Below, piece after piece: positions 17,678 to 26,240 of a DNA stretch of 35,732 nucleotides. The translations under genes were made by a program, and so were the position numbers. Source of the stretch: a virus (lineage: Duplodnaviria > Caudoviricetes); IMG/VR virus record IMGVR_UViG_3300011339_000683, positions 1 to 35,732 of that record. One strand, written 5' to 3'. The notes below the pieces were generated by a model that had not been told where the DNA came from, made no database searches, and worked only from the letters and a program-made list of their open reading frames with translations. Position 1 is the stretch's first letter. Each line of letters begins with the position of its first letter.

Positions 17678-18900
17678 TGGGTAAAAGTGCCGGATCTCCC
17701 CCTCCCGCGCCCGATCCGACCGTCACGGCCAATGCGCAGGCGGACGCGAACGCCAAGACGGCGCGGTTGCAGGCGAACCTTAACCGCGTGGATCAGGTCA
17801 CGCCTTACGGACAAGTGCGCTATTCACAGGGCGCCGCGCCGATGGATCGGAATGCATGGATCAACAGCCAGGTTGAGGCCGAGCGCGCGAAGTTCCAAAG
17901 CGGGCCGCCGCAGATGACGGGCACCGTGTTTTCTGGCGCGGGCGATCAGGGAGGCAACAACGCTGCCACCTACACAGAATCCCCGGCGGCGTTTGATGAG
18001 GCTGCCGTGCGTGCCCGGTTTGAAGGCGTGCCTACGCCGGAGGTTCCGGGGCAGGACCGATGGACGCAGACCACCACGCTTTCGCCCGAACAACAGCGGC
18101 TTCTTGACCTCGCACAGCGCGGCCAGACCACCTACGGCGAGACGGCGAACAACCTGCTGGACGCGGTGAGGGGCCAACTTTCCCAACCCGTGAACGTCGA
18201 TTGGGCGGCCGAGCGGGATAGGGCGCTGGCGGCGCAGATGGGGCGCATCAACCCGTCCATTGCTGCGGCTGAGGAAGGGCTTCGGTCGCGCCTGCTGAAT
18301 AGCGGGCTGACACCGGGTTCTGAGGGCTGGGAACGCGAGTTCCGCACGTTCCAACAGGGCCGCAACGACGCGCTCATGGCGGCCGATTTGAACGCCGGCA
18401 ACACCGTGGGGCAGGCGATCAACCAGCAGGCGGCGCTTCGTTCCATGCCGCTGAACGAGGTTTCGGCGCTGCTGTCGGGATCGCAGGTGAACGTGCCGCA
18501 GGCGAACCCGACGCAGCCTGTGAACGTGGCGCCAACCGATGTGATGGGGGCCTACAACAACCAGTATCAGGGCCAGTTGGCGGCGTGGAACGCGCAGAAC
18601 CAAGCCAACAACGCGGCCATGGGCGGGCTGTTTGGCCTGGCTGGCACGTTGGGCGGGGCGGCAATGAAATATGGCCCTGGCTTGGTTGCGATTTCCGATG
18701 CCCGTCTGAAGGACAACATCCGCCGCATCGGCACGGCTGACAACGGGCTACCCATCTACGCCTTCCAATACAAGGGCGACGACACCCCGCGTATGGGCCT
18801 CATGGCGCAGGACGTGTTGCACGTGAAACCTGATGCCGTGGTGACGATGCCCAACGGGTTCATGGCCGTTGATTACGGGAAGGCGTTGCAAAATGGCTGA
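17677..18900 (+). CDS. Putative ejection/pilot protein with C-terminal peptidase S74-like autocleaving chaperone domain
   Basis: MGKSAGSPPPAPDP start, Gln/Ala/Asn-rich helices, GGLFGLAGTLGGA segment, then SDARLKDNI...GLMAQDV...VDY. Confidence 0.75.
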   Translation: MGKSAGSPPPAPDPTVTANAQADANAKTARLQANLNRVDQVTPYGQVRYSQGAAPMDRNAWINSQVEAERAKFQSGPPQMTGTVFSGAGDQGGNNAATYTESPAAFDEAAVRARFEGVPTPEVPGQDRWTQTTTLSPEQQRLLDLAQRGQTTYGETANNLLDAVRGQLSQPVNVDWAAERDRALAAQMGRINPSIAAAEEGLRSRLLNSGLTPGSEGWEREFRTFQQGRNDALMAADLNAGNTVGQAINQQAALRSMPLNEVSALLSGSQVNVPQANPTQPVNVAPTDVMGAYNNQYQGQLAAWNAQNQANNAAMGGLFGLAGTLGGAAMKYGPGLVAISDARLKDNIRRIGTADNGLPIYAFQYKGDDTPRMGLMAQDVLHVKPDAVVTMPNGFMAVDYGKALQNG

Positions 18901-20500
18901 CCGCTACAGCATGCCCACCATTCGGGGCGATGATCCGGTTCAGACGTTTCAACTGCAAAGCGCGCTTCTGCGGCAGCGGCAAGGCGGGAACCAATGGGCG
19001 AAGGCGCTAATGCAACAAGGCGCTTCTACCGCCCCTGTAAATAGCTGGGTGGAAGGTTTGGCCCGCGCACTGCAAGGCACGGTTGGCGGCTACGTGTCAG
19101 GCCAAGAGGAACGCGAGGGCAAGGAATCCGAGCGGCAGATGCTTGCCGATATGGTCGGGCAGAGCAGCCAGAAGAAGGCTGAGGAAGCGTCGCAGTTGGC
19201 GCAGGCTGGCGTGCCAGGTTTCCAGATGCCGATGCCCAACCCGGTTGCCGGGCAGTCTTACGAGCAGCCCACGGCGCCCGCTGGCGGTGGCCCGGAGGTT
19301 GTGCCGCAGGGGATGCTACAGCCCGCACCGCAGCCTGCCGCGCGGCCCGTAAACGCCGAGATGATCGCGGCGCTGTCTGGTATGGCGGGGCAGGGGAACC
19401 GGACGGCGGCGGGCGCGCTGCCGGGCTTTCAGTTCCAGTATCAGGACACCTACCAGCGCGAACGCGACGCGCGGCAGGAGGCGCTTGCGGCGGCGCGTGA
19501 GGCGCGGATGCTGGCGGCGCAGGGGCAGGAGACGTTTGCCGCCCCGATGGAAGTTGCGGGGCCGGATGGTAGGCCCATGCTGGTGCGGTTCGGTAGCCGC
19601 GGCGGGCAGCGGCCGGTTGATGGGCTGATGCCGGCGGCAGGGGCGTCGCCCGAAACGTTTCCCGGCACCAGCCCCGAAGCATCGTCCTTGCGTCTCGTGA
19701 CCAATCCGGCATCCGACCCCGCTAGCCCGGCTTATGCGGCGGCGTTCCAAAGGCTCTACGGCGAACGTCAGCAGGTGCAGCCAGACGGAACGGTTATCAC
19801 CATCCGCACCACGCCTCCCCCCAGCATCCGGCAGCCGGTTGTTGCGGGTGCGGGTGGCCCTGCGCCCAATCCCACCAATCCCGCAGCTTCGGCGCAGGGC
19901 GGCCCGCCTAGCACCACAACGCAGGTTCCGGGCGGCACCATCACGCGCACAGGCGCGGGCGATCAAGGGACACTCACGGAAGCGCAGGGTAAAGCCAACA
20001 TGTTTGGCCTTGCGATGACGGAAGGCAACCGCATCTTGGCGGAGTTGAAAGACCCTCCAAGCCCTGCCGTCATCGCGGCATGGCGTAACCTTCCCGAAGG
20101 CGCGCTCAATCTCGGGTTGAGTTCCGACAATCAACGGTATTTCAACGCCCTGCGCCAGTTCGCAGCGGGCGTGCTGCGTAAGGAAACCGGCGCCGCGTTC
20201 ACGCCGAGCGAGTTGCTTGATGTGCAATCGCGGTTCTTTACGATGCCGGGCGATTCCTCTGTGGTTCAAGCGCAGAAGGCGCGGGCGCGTGAGCAGGCTA
20301 TCTCGGCCATGAAGGCGGAGATTCCCGGCGGCTTCCGTGGGCAAATTGCGCCGCCTGCCGCGCCGGGGCTGCCGGGTGCGCAGCCGCCGCAACCGGGGCA
20401 GGGCGGGCCTGTGCGGGTGAACTCGCCTGAAGAAGCCATGAGGCTGCCGAGCGGCACCCCTATTCAACTCCCTGACGGCACAATGGGGCGCGTCCCATGA
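18893..20500 (+). CDS. Putative DNA ejection (internal virion) protein
   Basis: Ala/Gln/Pro-rich; LTEAQGKA and VLRKETGAAF motifs; position. Confidence 0.65.
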   Translation: MADRYSMPTIRGDDPVQTFQLQSALLRQRQGGNQWAKALMQQGASTAPVNSWVEGLARALQGTVGGYVSGQEEREGKESERQMLADMVGQSSQKKAEEASQLAQAGVPGFQMPMPNPVAGQSYEQPTAPAGGGPEVVPQGMLQPAPQPAARPVNAEMIAALSGMAGQGNRTAAGALPGFQFQYQDTYQRERDARQEALAAAREARMLAAQGQETFAAPMEVAGPDGRPMLVRFGSRGGQRPVDGLMPAAGASPETFPGTSPEASSLRLVTNPASDPASPAYAAAFQRLYGERQQVQPDGTVITIRTTPPPSIRQPVVAGAGGPAPNPTNPAASAQGGPPSTTTQVPGGTITRTGAGDQGTLTEAQGKANMFGLAMTEGNRILAELKDPPSPAVIAAWRNLPEGALNLGLSSDNQRYFNALRQFAAGVLRKETGAAFTPSELLDVQSRFFTMPGDSSVVQAQKARAREQAISAMKAEIPGGFRGQIAPPAAPGLPGAQPPQPGQGGPVRVNSPEEAMRLPSGTPIQLPDGTMGRVP

Positions 20501-22197
20501 GCGGTTCCGTTGATCCGTGGGCGGCGTTCCGTACATCCCCTGCGGCGGGCGATGACCCATGGGCGGCGTTCCGCGTGCCTGCGTCCGAGGCGCCAGCACC
20601 GCAACCCAGCCTTATGCAACAAGGCTTTCGCGGCCTTGGCCTTGGCGCGCGGAACGTGATCCAAGGCGCGGCGGGTTCGCTCCCCGGTATGGCCTTTGAC
20701 GCGCTGGCGTCGGCTATGCCCCGCATGCCCGGCACCATGACGGCGGACGGCAGCGAACCGCCCCGCCGCAAGATCGCCGAACGTGCAAAGACCCTTGCTG
20801 ATGCGTTGATGCTGCCCGAGCCGGAGACAGCGGCGGAAAAGCGCAACTCGGCCATCATCGAGCCGATAGCGGGCGGCTTGGCTTCCATGAATGCCGGTGC
20901 GCCGCTGGTGAACGCCGCAGCCCCGGCAGCCCGCGCGCTGGGTAACATGCTCACGACCAGCCCGTTGACGCAGGCGGCGAGCGCAGGCGTTGGTGGCTAC
21001 GTGGCCAACGAGACGGACTCTCCGGCGCTTGGCATGGCGGCATCGCTCGCAACACCTCTGGCCATCGCGGGCGCGCGGCGCATTGTGACCCCGGTCCCGA
21101 ACGTCAACAGCCCCGGCCGGCAGGCGCTGGTGCAGGGGGCAGAGCGCGAGGGTATTCCCCTGACGGCAGGGCAGGCGACGGGCAGTCGGTTCCTGCAAAA
21201 CGTGGAAGCGCAGTTTGAGCAATTGCCGTTCACGTCAGGGCCGCAGCGGGCCATTCGCGAGGATCAGAACAGGGCGTTTATCTCAGCGGCAATGCGGCGC
21301 GCAGGCGAAAACGTAGACGACACGATGCCGGCCACCATCAACGCGGCGCGGGATCGCATCGGCGGGACGATTGGCGAGATTGCCAACAGGAACACGCTGA
21401 GGTTCACGCCGCAACTTGACGCAGAGTTGCAGCAGATCACGGACAGCCTGCGGTTTATCCCCCCCGAAGCCGCTGGCCCGGTGCGCGCTCGCATTGAGCA
21501 GTTGCGCGGCATGGCGTCGCCATCGGCAGCCCCGAACGTGCCGCCAACAATCCCCGGCGCGTCGTATCGGATGCTGGATAGCGAACTAGGCCGCAGCATC
21601 CGCAGCACCGGCAACGGCGACCTTCGGGCTGCGCTTGGCGATCTTCGGGAGCGGCTTCGCACCGCCATGGATGCCAGCATTTCCCCCGCCGATGCCCAAG
21701 CGTGGCAGCAAGCCCGGCGCGAATACGCGAACCTCATGGTCATTGCCAACGCAGCCGGTAGGGCTGGGGGCGGGGCCGCAGAAGGCATGATGAGTCCGGT
21801 TGCGCTGCGGCAGGCGCTGGATGCCTCCACGGGGCGTGGCTACGTGTATGGGCGCGGCGACCTTAACGAACTAGCCCGCATTGGGCAGGCGGTGGTTAAG
21901 CCGCCGCCGGACAGCGGCACGGCAGGCCGTTCGTATGCAAACAATATGTTGACGGGCTCGCTTGTCGGTGGCGGCGCTGGATCGGGCGCCATGGTGGGTG
22001 GCCCGCTGGGTGCTGCGGCCGGCGCTGTGGGCTCCCTTGCGCTCCCACGCATCGCCCAAATGCTGATGAACAGCGACACCGGGCAAGCCTACCTCCGAAA
22101 CCAAGCCGCAGCCGCCCCGACGCTTACGCCTGATTTGATGCGGGCGCTGCTGGTGCATCAACTTTCCGGCGCGTTGCCGAATATGGGAGCCCCCTGA
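20497..22197 (+). CDS. Putative DNA ejection (internal virion) protein
   Basis: GIPLTAGQATGS and PDSGTAGR motifs; Gly/Ala hydrophobic segments; DPWAAFR repeated twice at the N-terminus. Confidence 0.65.
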   Translation: MSGSVDPWAAFRTSPAAGDDPWAAFRVPASEAPAPQPSLMQQGFRGLGLGARNVIQGAAGSLPGMAFDALASAMPRMPGTMTADGSEPPRRKIAERAKTLADALMLPEPETAAEKRNSAIIEPIAGGLASMNAGAPLVNAAAPAARALGNMLTTSPLTQAASAGVGGYVANETDSPALGMAASLATPLAIAGARRIVTPVPNVNSPGRQALVQGAEREGIPLTAGQATGSRFLQNVEAQFEQLPFTSGPQRAIREDQNRAFISAAMRRAGENVDDTMPATINAARDRIGGTIGEIANRNTLRFTPQLDAELQQITDSLRFIPPEAAGPVRARIEQLRGMASPSAAPNVPPTIPGASYRMLDSELGRSIRSTGNGDLRAALGDLRERLRTAMDASISPADAQAWQQARREYANLMVIANAAGRAGGGAAEGMMSPVALRQALDASTGRGYVYGRGDLNELARIGQAVVKPPPDSGTAGRSYANNMLTGSLVGGGAGSGAMVGGPLGAAAGAVGSLALPRIAQMLMNSDTGQAYLRNQAAAAPTLTPDLMRALLVHQLSGALPNMGAP

Positions 22198-22198
22198 C

Positions 22199-23098
22199 AT
22201 GCCCCGTTCTGGCGCTGGCGTCTATTCACTCCCCGCCCCTCCAAGCCCGTTCGTCAACGGCCAGACGGCCAGCGCAACGGACGTAATGACGGTCCTGAAT
22301 GACATTTCGTCGGCACTGACGGGCAGCCTGGCAGCGGACGGTCAGACCCCGATGACGGGCACCCTGAACGCCAACGGCAACAGCATCACGGCGGTGAACG
22401 CCATCAATGCGGCGAGCCTTGTTACCACGGCCGGCATCATCGTGGGCGATGGCATCACGATCACGAAAGGCGGCGCGACAGTCAGCGCGGGCGGCGTGAC
22501 GGTGACGGGTAACAGCACCGTGACCGGGACCATGGCCATCTCGGACGCTGTGACCGTCTCCAAGGGGGGCGTGACCGTCACGGGGAACAGCACGATCACA
22601 GGCACGCTGGGCGGCTTGACAGGGTTGACGGTGGCCAGCGGCGGCGCGACCGTGACCGGCAACAGCACGATCACCGGCACTCTCAGCGGCTTGACCGGCC
22701 TGACGGTGGCCAGTGGCGGGGCAGGCGTCACGGGCAATAGCACCGTTACCGGCACGCTGGCGGTATCCGGCGTCACGACTGCGGCCAATGGCACGACCGG
22801 GACGCAGGTCGTGAATTATTCTCAATTTCCCGCAACGCTCACTAGCGCGGGTTCCGCCAGCCTGCCGAGCGGGCTGCAACTGCGGTGGGGCAACGGCTCT
22901 GTCGGGGGCGCCGGAACAACGGCGGTGACGTTTTCAAGTTCGTTCAGCACTGGATGCCTTCAAGTTTTGGTGTCGCCCACTTATGGGGGGGGCACCCCTG
23001 GCAGCGTCACCGTAGCATCGGGCGGCTACACAACATCCGGGTTCAACCTCGGGTCTTCGGCGGCGCTTGGTTATACGTATCTGGCAATTGGTTATTAG
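22199..23098 (+). CDS. Short tail fibre protein
   Basis: N-terminal anchor MPRSGAGVYSLP...ALTGSLAADGQTPMTG, repeat shaft, C-terminal LPSGLQLRWG...YLAIGY tip. Confidence 0.8.
   Translation: MPRSGAGVYSLPAPPSPFVNGQTASATDVMTVLNDISSALTGSLAADGQTPMTGTLNANGNSITAVNAINAASLVTTAGIIVGDGITITKGGATVSAGGVTVTGNSTVTGTMAISDAVTVSKGGVTVTGNSTITGTLGGLTGLTVASGGATVTGNSTITGTLSGLTGLTVASGGAGVTGNSTVTGTLAVSGVTTAANGTTGTQVVNYSQFPATLTSAGSASLPSGLQLRWGNGSVGGAGTTAVTFSSSFSTGCLQVLVSPTYGGGTPGSVTVASGGYTTSGFNLGSSAALGYTYLAIGY
22490..22770 (+). repeat. About four imperfect 75-bp (25-aa) tandem repeats in the tail fibre shaft
   Basis: GG(V/A)xVTGNST(V/I)TGT(L/M) occurs four times; GLTGLTVASGG twice. Confidence 0.85.
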
Positions 23099-23140
23099 CG
23101 GCCATTTAACGCCGCGTTGACGATGTTCGCGCGGGGGTTG

Positions 23141-23149
23141 TGGTAAAAT
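23141..23149 (+). promoter_or_regulatory. Possible extended -10 promoter (TGGTAAAAT)
   Basis: TGn-TAAAAT 15 bp before ATG 23165; TTGACG at 23117 is 21 bp away, too far for a canonical -35. Confidence 0.35.
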
Positions 23150-23164
23150 ACGGGGCACTGCGCC

Positions 23165-23458
23165 ATGAGTGACGAGACAGAAGCCAGCAACTGGAATTTG
23201 GATAAGAGGGTGCCGATAGCGCTGATCCTCGCAATCCTGACGCAGACCGCCGCCGGGGTTTGGTGGGCGGCCAGTCAAACCGCGCGACTGGATACACAAG
23301 AACGGCGCGTGACTATTCTTGAATCCAACGACAGCAAGATGGCCGAGGTCCAGCTTAGGGCGGTAGAGGCTCTAGCGTCGATCAAGGCCAGCCAGGATGC
23401 CATGCGCTCATCGTTGGACCGCATCGAGCGCACCATTGATTCCACCCGTCGCCCATAG
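23165..23458 (+). CDS. Single-TM coiled-coil protein, holin/antiholin-like
   Basis: WNLDKRVPIALILAILTQTAAGVWWAA TM segment then coiled coil; end of the late operon. Confidence 0.6.
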   Translation: MSDETEASNWNLDKRVPIALILAILTQTAAGVWWAASQTARLDTQERRVTILESNDSKMAEVQLRAVEALASIKASQDAMRSSLDRIERTIDSTRRP

Positions 23459-23466
23459 GAGTTCCC

Positions 23467-23655
23467 ATGCTCGCCACCGCCCGCGCCCGATTTGCCGCCC
23501 TGATGAACGCCGTTCGTGGCCGTGTGCCTGTCGCGCCTGCGCTGCCGAAGCCCCCGCCGATGCCGCCGCAAATCGACATGGCGGCGGCGATGGAACGGCT
23601 TGAACGCATGCGGGCGGATATGGAGGCGATGAAGGCGATGTTGGGGAAGCGTTAA
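23467..23655 (+). CDS. Small hypothetical protein
   Basis: AGGAG RBS; Pro-rich linker and Met-rich helix. Confidence 0.6.
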   Translation: MLATARARFAALMNAVRGRVPVAPALPKPPPMPPQIDMAAAMERLERMRADMEAMKAMLGKR

Positions 23656-23915
23656 CCCCGATCATCCACAAAATGCGTCGGCGTCCCGGCCAGCGCGTTG
23701 GTCCGGTGTAGCCCCGCGTCGGCAATGAAGCCGGCGGGAGGGCGCTCATCCCACTTGCCCCACATACCCATCCACTGCCCCTGATCCTGCCAGACCAAAG
23801 CAAACACGCGGCCCAATCCGTCGTGCGGCCATTCAGACACCGGCCGCAGCTTGTGCATCCATGCCGGCGGGATGGGGAACGGCGGGTTGACCTCGGCGTA
23901 GGGTTCGGGGCTCAT
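23652..23915 (-). CDS. Trp-rich hypothetical protein
   Basis: ATGA-coupled start at 23915; ends ...PTHF, like DUF551-type proteins. Confidence 0.6.
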   Translation of the reverse strand: MSPEPYAEVNPPFPIPPAWMHKLRPVSEWPHDGLGRVFALVWQDQGQWMGMWGKWDERPPAGFIADAGLHRTNALAGTPTHFVDDRG

Positions 23916-24223
23916 GGCTGGCACTCCGGCGGGGTGGGGAGGGGGCGCCAGTGGGTGGGGGAGACTGCATACCCCTTAGGCCCGTGTCGCCATTCTCCGC
24001 GATGATACCAGCCAATGACGTAAATGCCGTGAACCCACAGTAGAACCTCCCTCCCATCCCTCGGCGCCGTCTCGATTGGCTGCCAGCCCTGTTCGATGAC
24101 GAGGCCGGCGGTGCGGAGGGCGGCGAGGATGGCGCGGGCGTCAACGCCATCATCGTAATCCGGGTCTTTGCCGTGCAGCGTCTGTAGCGCCTGCACGATC
24201 ACATCCCCCGGGCGCGCGCTCAT
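23912..24223 (-). CDS. DUF551-like protein
   Basis: WQPIETAPRDG...VLLW...PTHWRPLP. Confidence 0.8.
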   Translation of the reverse strand: MSARPGDVIVQALQTLHGKDPDYDDGVDARAILAALRTAGLVIEQGWQPIETAPRDGREVLLWVHGIYVIGWYHRGEWRHGPKGYAVSPTHWRPLPTPPECQP

Positions 24224-24573
24224 GGCCGGAACTCCTTCGGCAAATGGACGTTGTTCGACGCCCCGGCAAACATCGGGGCAATCTGTTCTGGCTTGTAGCC
24301 AGCGAGACCGCAGCCGATGGCAACCACATCAAATTGCCATTCAGGATGAGCCAAAGCGTATTCGAGAAACGCCGCAACGTGTTCTTCGATGAAGGCGAGC
24401 GGCAACACTTGCAGGTTCCGATCCTTGGTCGGGATGGCGTAGCTGTTCCCCTGCTTACCCATGCCGCAGCCGTAGATGGCGCCATGGTGTTGCACAGCCG
24501 CCTTTGCCGATCCTGCGCCATGCCGACCGGCAAGGTTGCTGCCGAACACGAAAATGCGGGGGCGCGCGCTCAT
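24220..24573 (-). CDS. A1S_2505-family phage non-structural protein
   Basis: IFVFGSNLAGRHGAGSA, GNSYAIPTK, IGCGLAGY motifs. Confidence 0.8.
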   Translation of the reverse strand: MSARPRIFVFGSNLAGRHGAGSAKAAVQHHGAIYGCGMGKQGNSYAIPTKDRNLQVLPLAFIEEHVAAFLEYALAHPEWQFDVVAIGCGLAGYKPEQIAPMFAGASNNVHLPKEFRP

Positions 24574-24935
24574 GTCGCGTCTCCTAGCGCGCGGATGGCG
24601 GCGGCGGAATTGACGTGCTCACGGGCAATATGCCGGTGCCGCTGAAAATCTTCATCATCCCGGCCGAGCGCCAATTTCGCGAGCGCATCCTCTCCTGCCG
24701 CCTGTTCATCGTGCCATACCGCACACCGCTCCCGCTCAGCCTTGGCGATGATGGGCGCGGCGGCGGCGATTATCTGTTCCGCCCGCCGCATGTTGCGTTG
24801 GCTGGGGCCTCCCATATAGACGCTGGGATGGTCCAGCATTGCCGCAATTGTCCGCACGCCTTCCTTGTCGGCGCTGTCGCGGGCCATCTTGGCCACCGCA
24901 TTCAGATCAATCGGCATCCGTTTTCTCCGTGTCAT
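24570..24935 (-). CDS. Hypothetical protein
   Basis: ATGA-coupled; AERERCA...AAAIRAL pattern common in phage early genes. Confidence 0.7.
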   Translation of the reverse strand: MTRRKRMPIDLNAVAKMARDSADKEGVRTIAAMLDHPSVYMGGPSQRNMRRAEQIIAAAAPIIAKAERERCAVWHDEQAAGEDALAKLALGRDDEDFQRHRHIAREHVNSAAAIRALGDAT

Positions 24936-24976
24936 TCCGCAGCCGCGTGCATGTCGAGCCAGCGGGGGTCACTCAT
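24932..24976 (-). pseudogene. 14-codon stub resembling an excisionase (HTH_17/AlpA-like) N-terminus
   Basis: MSDPRWLDMHAAAE*, GAGG RBS, translationally coupled at both ends. Confidence 0.4.
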
Positions 24977-25142
24977 CCGCCACCTCGCGGGGCTGGTGTT
25001 CGCCGCACCAGTCGGTTGCGTGAACCGCCGGCCAGTTCGTGTAAGGGCCGGCAAATTGTGCGGGATGCGTCACTTGTGGGGGCCAGCGCCGACACTGGCG
25101 CCCCCACGCAAACCGGCACGTCTCACATGTGCGCTCACTCAT
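24969..25142 (-). CDS. 57-aa four-Cys metal-binding protein (not in ORF track)
   Basis: MSERTCETCRFAWGRQCRRWPPQ...WPAVHATDWCGEHQPREVADE; coupled both sides. Confidence 0.7.
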   Translation of the reverse strand: MSERTCETCRFAWGRQCRRWPPQVTHPAQFAGPYTNWPAVHATDWCGEHQPREVADE

Positions 25143-25353
25143 GGGGCGGCTCCGCGATGGAGTGGAAACGGTAGCCGTCGCGTTTCAATTGGATCGGCTT
25201 CACGCCGCCAACTGGCCACCACAACAGCGCCCCATCTCGGTTGCGCGCGTCCCATTGAACGACGCACCACGAATCTTCCTTGTCGTTCCGAAGCCATAGC
25301 ATCGCCCCATCCGGCGTGTCCTCCGGCGGCCGGCAGTCGCGAGGGGCGGTCAT
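25135..25353 (-). CDS. Hypothetical protein
   Basis: Coupled 72-aa Trp-rich ORF. Confidence 0.65.
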   Translation of the reverse strand: MTAPRDCRPPEDTPDGAMLWLRNDKEDSWCVVQWDARNRDGALLWWPVGGVKPIQLKRDGYRFHSIAEPPHE

Positions 25354-25475
25354 GGTTTGGCCTCTGGATGCGCTTCCAACGCATCCTCTGGTGTGTCGTA
25401 AGGGCCTGCGTATGCCTCCCCATCATCATTAAAAACCCAAAAACGGCCCAATTCATCCATGGCAATTTCTGGCAT
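25350..25475 (-). CDS. 41-aa acidic protein (not in ORF track)
   Basis: MPEIAMDELGRFWVFNDDGEAYAGPYDTPEDALEAHPEAKP; TGATG and ATGA coupling. Confidence 0.6.
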   Translation of the reverse strand: MPEIAMDELGRFWVFNDDGEAYAGPYDTPEDALEAHPEAKP

Positions 25476-25768
25476 CACACCCCCTCCACTTTCACCGCTT
25501 CCGCGCGGACTTTACGGATCGCTGCGTTCCAACCGTCGCCATGGTTTGACATGCTGTCCACGAGTTCCGGCATCTTCCCCACCATCAGGCCGCCGTGTTC
25601 GTGGACGGCGCGGATCGCGGCGCGGGCTTCATTGCGTCGAAGCGTCGCTGTGCGCTCTGCCAGTTTGTTGCCTTCTGCTGCGGCCCTTATAATTTGGGAC
25701 CACGGCCCATACACGCCGGGATTGGCTTCATGTATCGCCCGCGCCATCGCCTCCACCACGTCGCTCAT
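25475..25768 (-). CDS. Hypothetical protein
   Basis: MSDVVEAMARAI...ARAAIRA pattern; coupled. Confidence 0.7.
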   Translation of the reverse strand: MSDVVEAMARAIHEANPGVYGPWSQIIRAAAEGNKLAERTATLRRNEARAAIRAVHEHGGLMVGKMPELVDSMSNHGDGWNAAIRKVRAEAVKVEGV

Positions 25769-25926
25769 CGCGTGGGTTCCGAAATGCGAGTAAAATCCAG
25801 TAACCGCGCTTTGGCCGGATCGACCGTGATCCGCAGGTTCAGGGCCTTGGCCACGCGCTGGGCCTCCCGCATGAGGCGGCGGATTTCTCGCCGCGTTTCA
25901 TTGTTGGCGTAGATGCGCGCGCTCAT
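25765..25926 (-). CDS. Small basic hypothetical protein
   Basis: ATGA-coupled start at 25926; flanked by 19-bp direct repeats. Confidence 0.6.
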   Translation of the reverse strand: MSARIYANNETRREIRRLMREAQRVAKALNLRITVDPAKARLLDFTRISEPTR

Positions 25927-26240
25927 CGCGTGGGCTCCAGTGCCGCCACTTGAGCACGCGCCCATTGCATGTCCTCATCCGTCAAAGGCGCCGATGACGC
26001 GTGCGCAAGAAGCACAGCCATGATCCGGGCTTGCTTCGCCACGTGCGCCCGCAGCGCGGCGACCTCGGCGGAGGTGGCGCGGGTGTTCCAGGCGACGATG
26101 GCGGTTTTGCTGGCATCGCGCATAGGCCCGCTTGCGTTGCACACATGGCACGACACCCATAGCTCGGGAGCGCCCCGAAAAACCTTTCTGGCCTCCCCAC
26201 CACAGAACGGGCAGGGCAACAGCGCGGGCACATCAACCAT
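25923..26240 (-). CDS. lar: Lar-family restriction alleviation protein
   Basis: LLPCPFCGGEA...VSCHVCNASGP...AIVAWNTRA; GGAG RBS before ATG 26240. Confidence 0.8.
   Translation of the reverse strand: MVDVPALLPCPFCGGEARKVFRGAPELWVSCHVCNASGPMRDASKTAIVAWNTRATSAEVAALRAHVAKQARIMAVLLAHASSAPLTDEDMQWARAQVAALEPTR

Noticed and set aside
14290-20599. Long minus-strand ORFs in the structural region (14290-15774, 17824-18603, 19316-20599)
   Set aside because: Arg-rich antisense frames of well-supported virion genes.
22199-23098. Diversity-generating retroelement or invertible tail-fibre system
   Set aside because: No reverse transcriptase, no template/variable repeat pair and no invertase seen; the repeats are in-frame shaft repeats.
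24969-25142. TCACTCAT 8-bp repeat flanking the Cys-protein gene as another cassette boundary
   Set aside because: It is the generic ATGAGTGA coupling motif, also present at 294 and 11149; too short to count.
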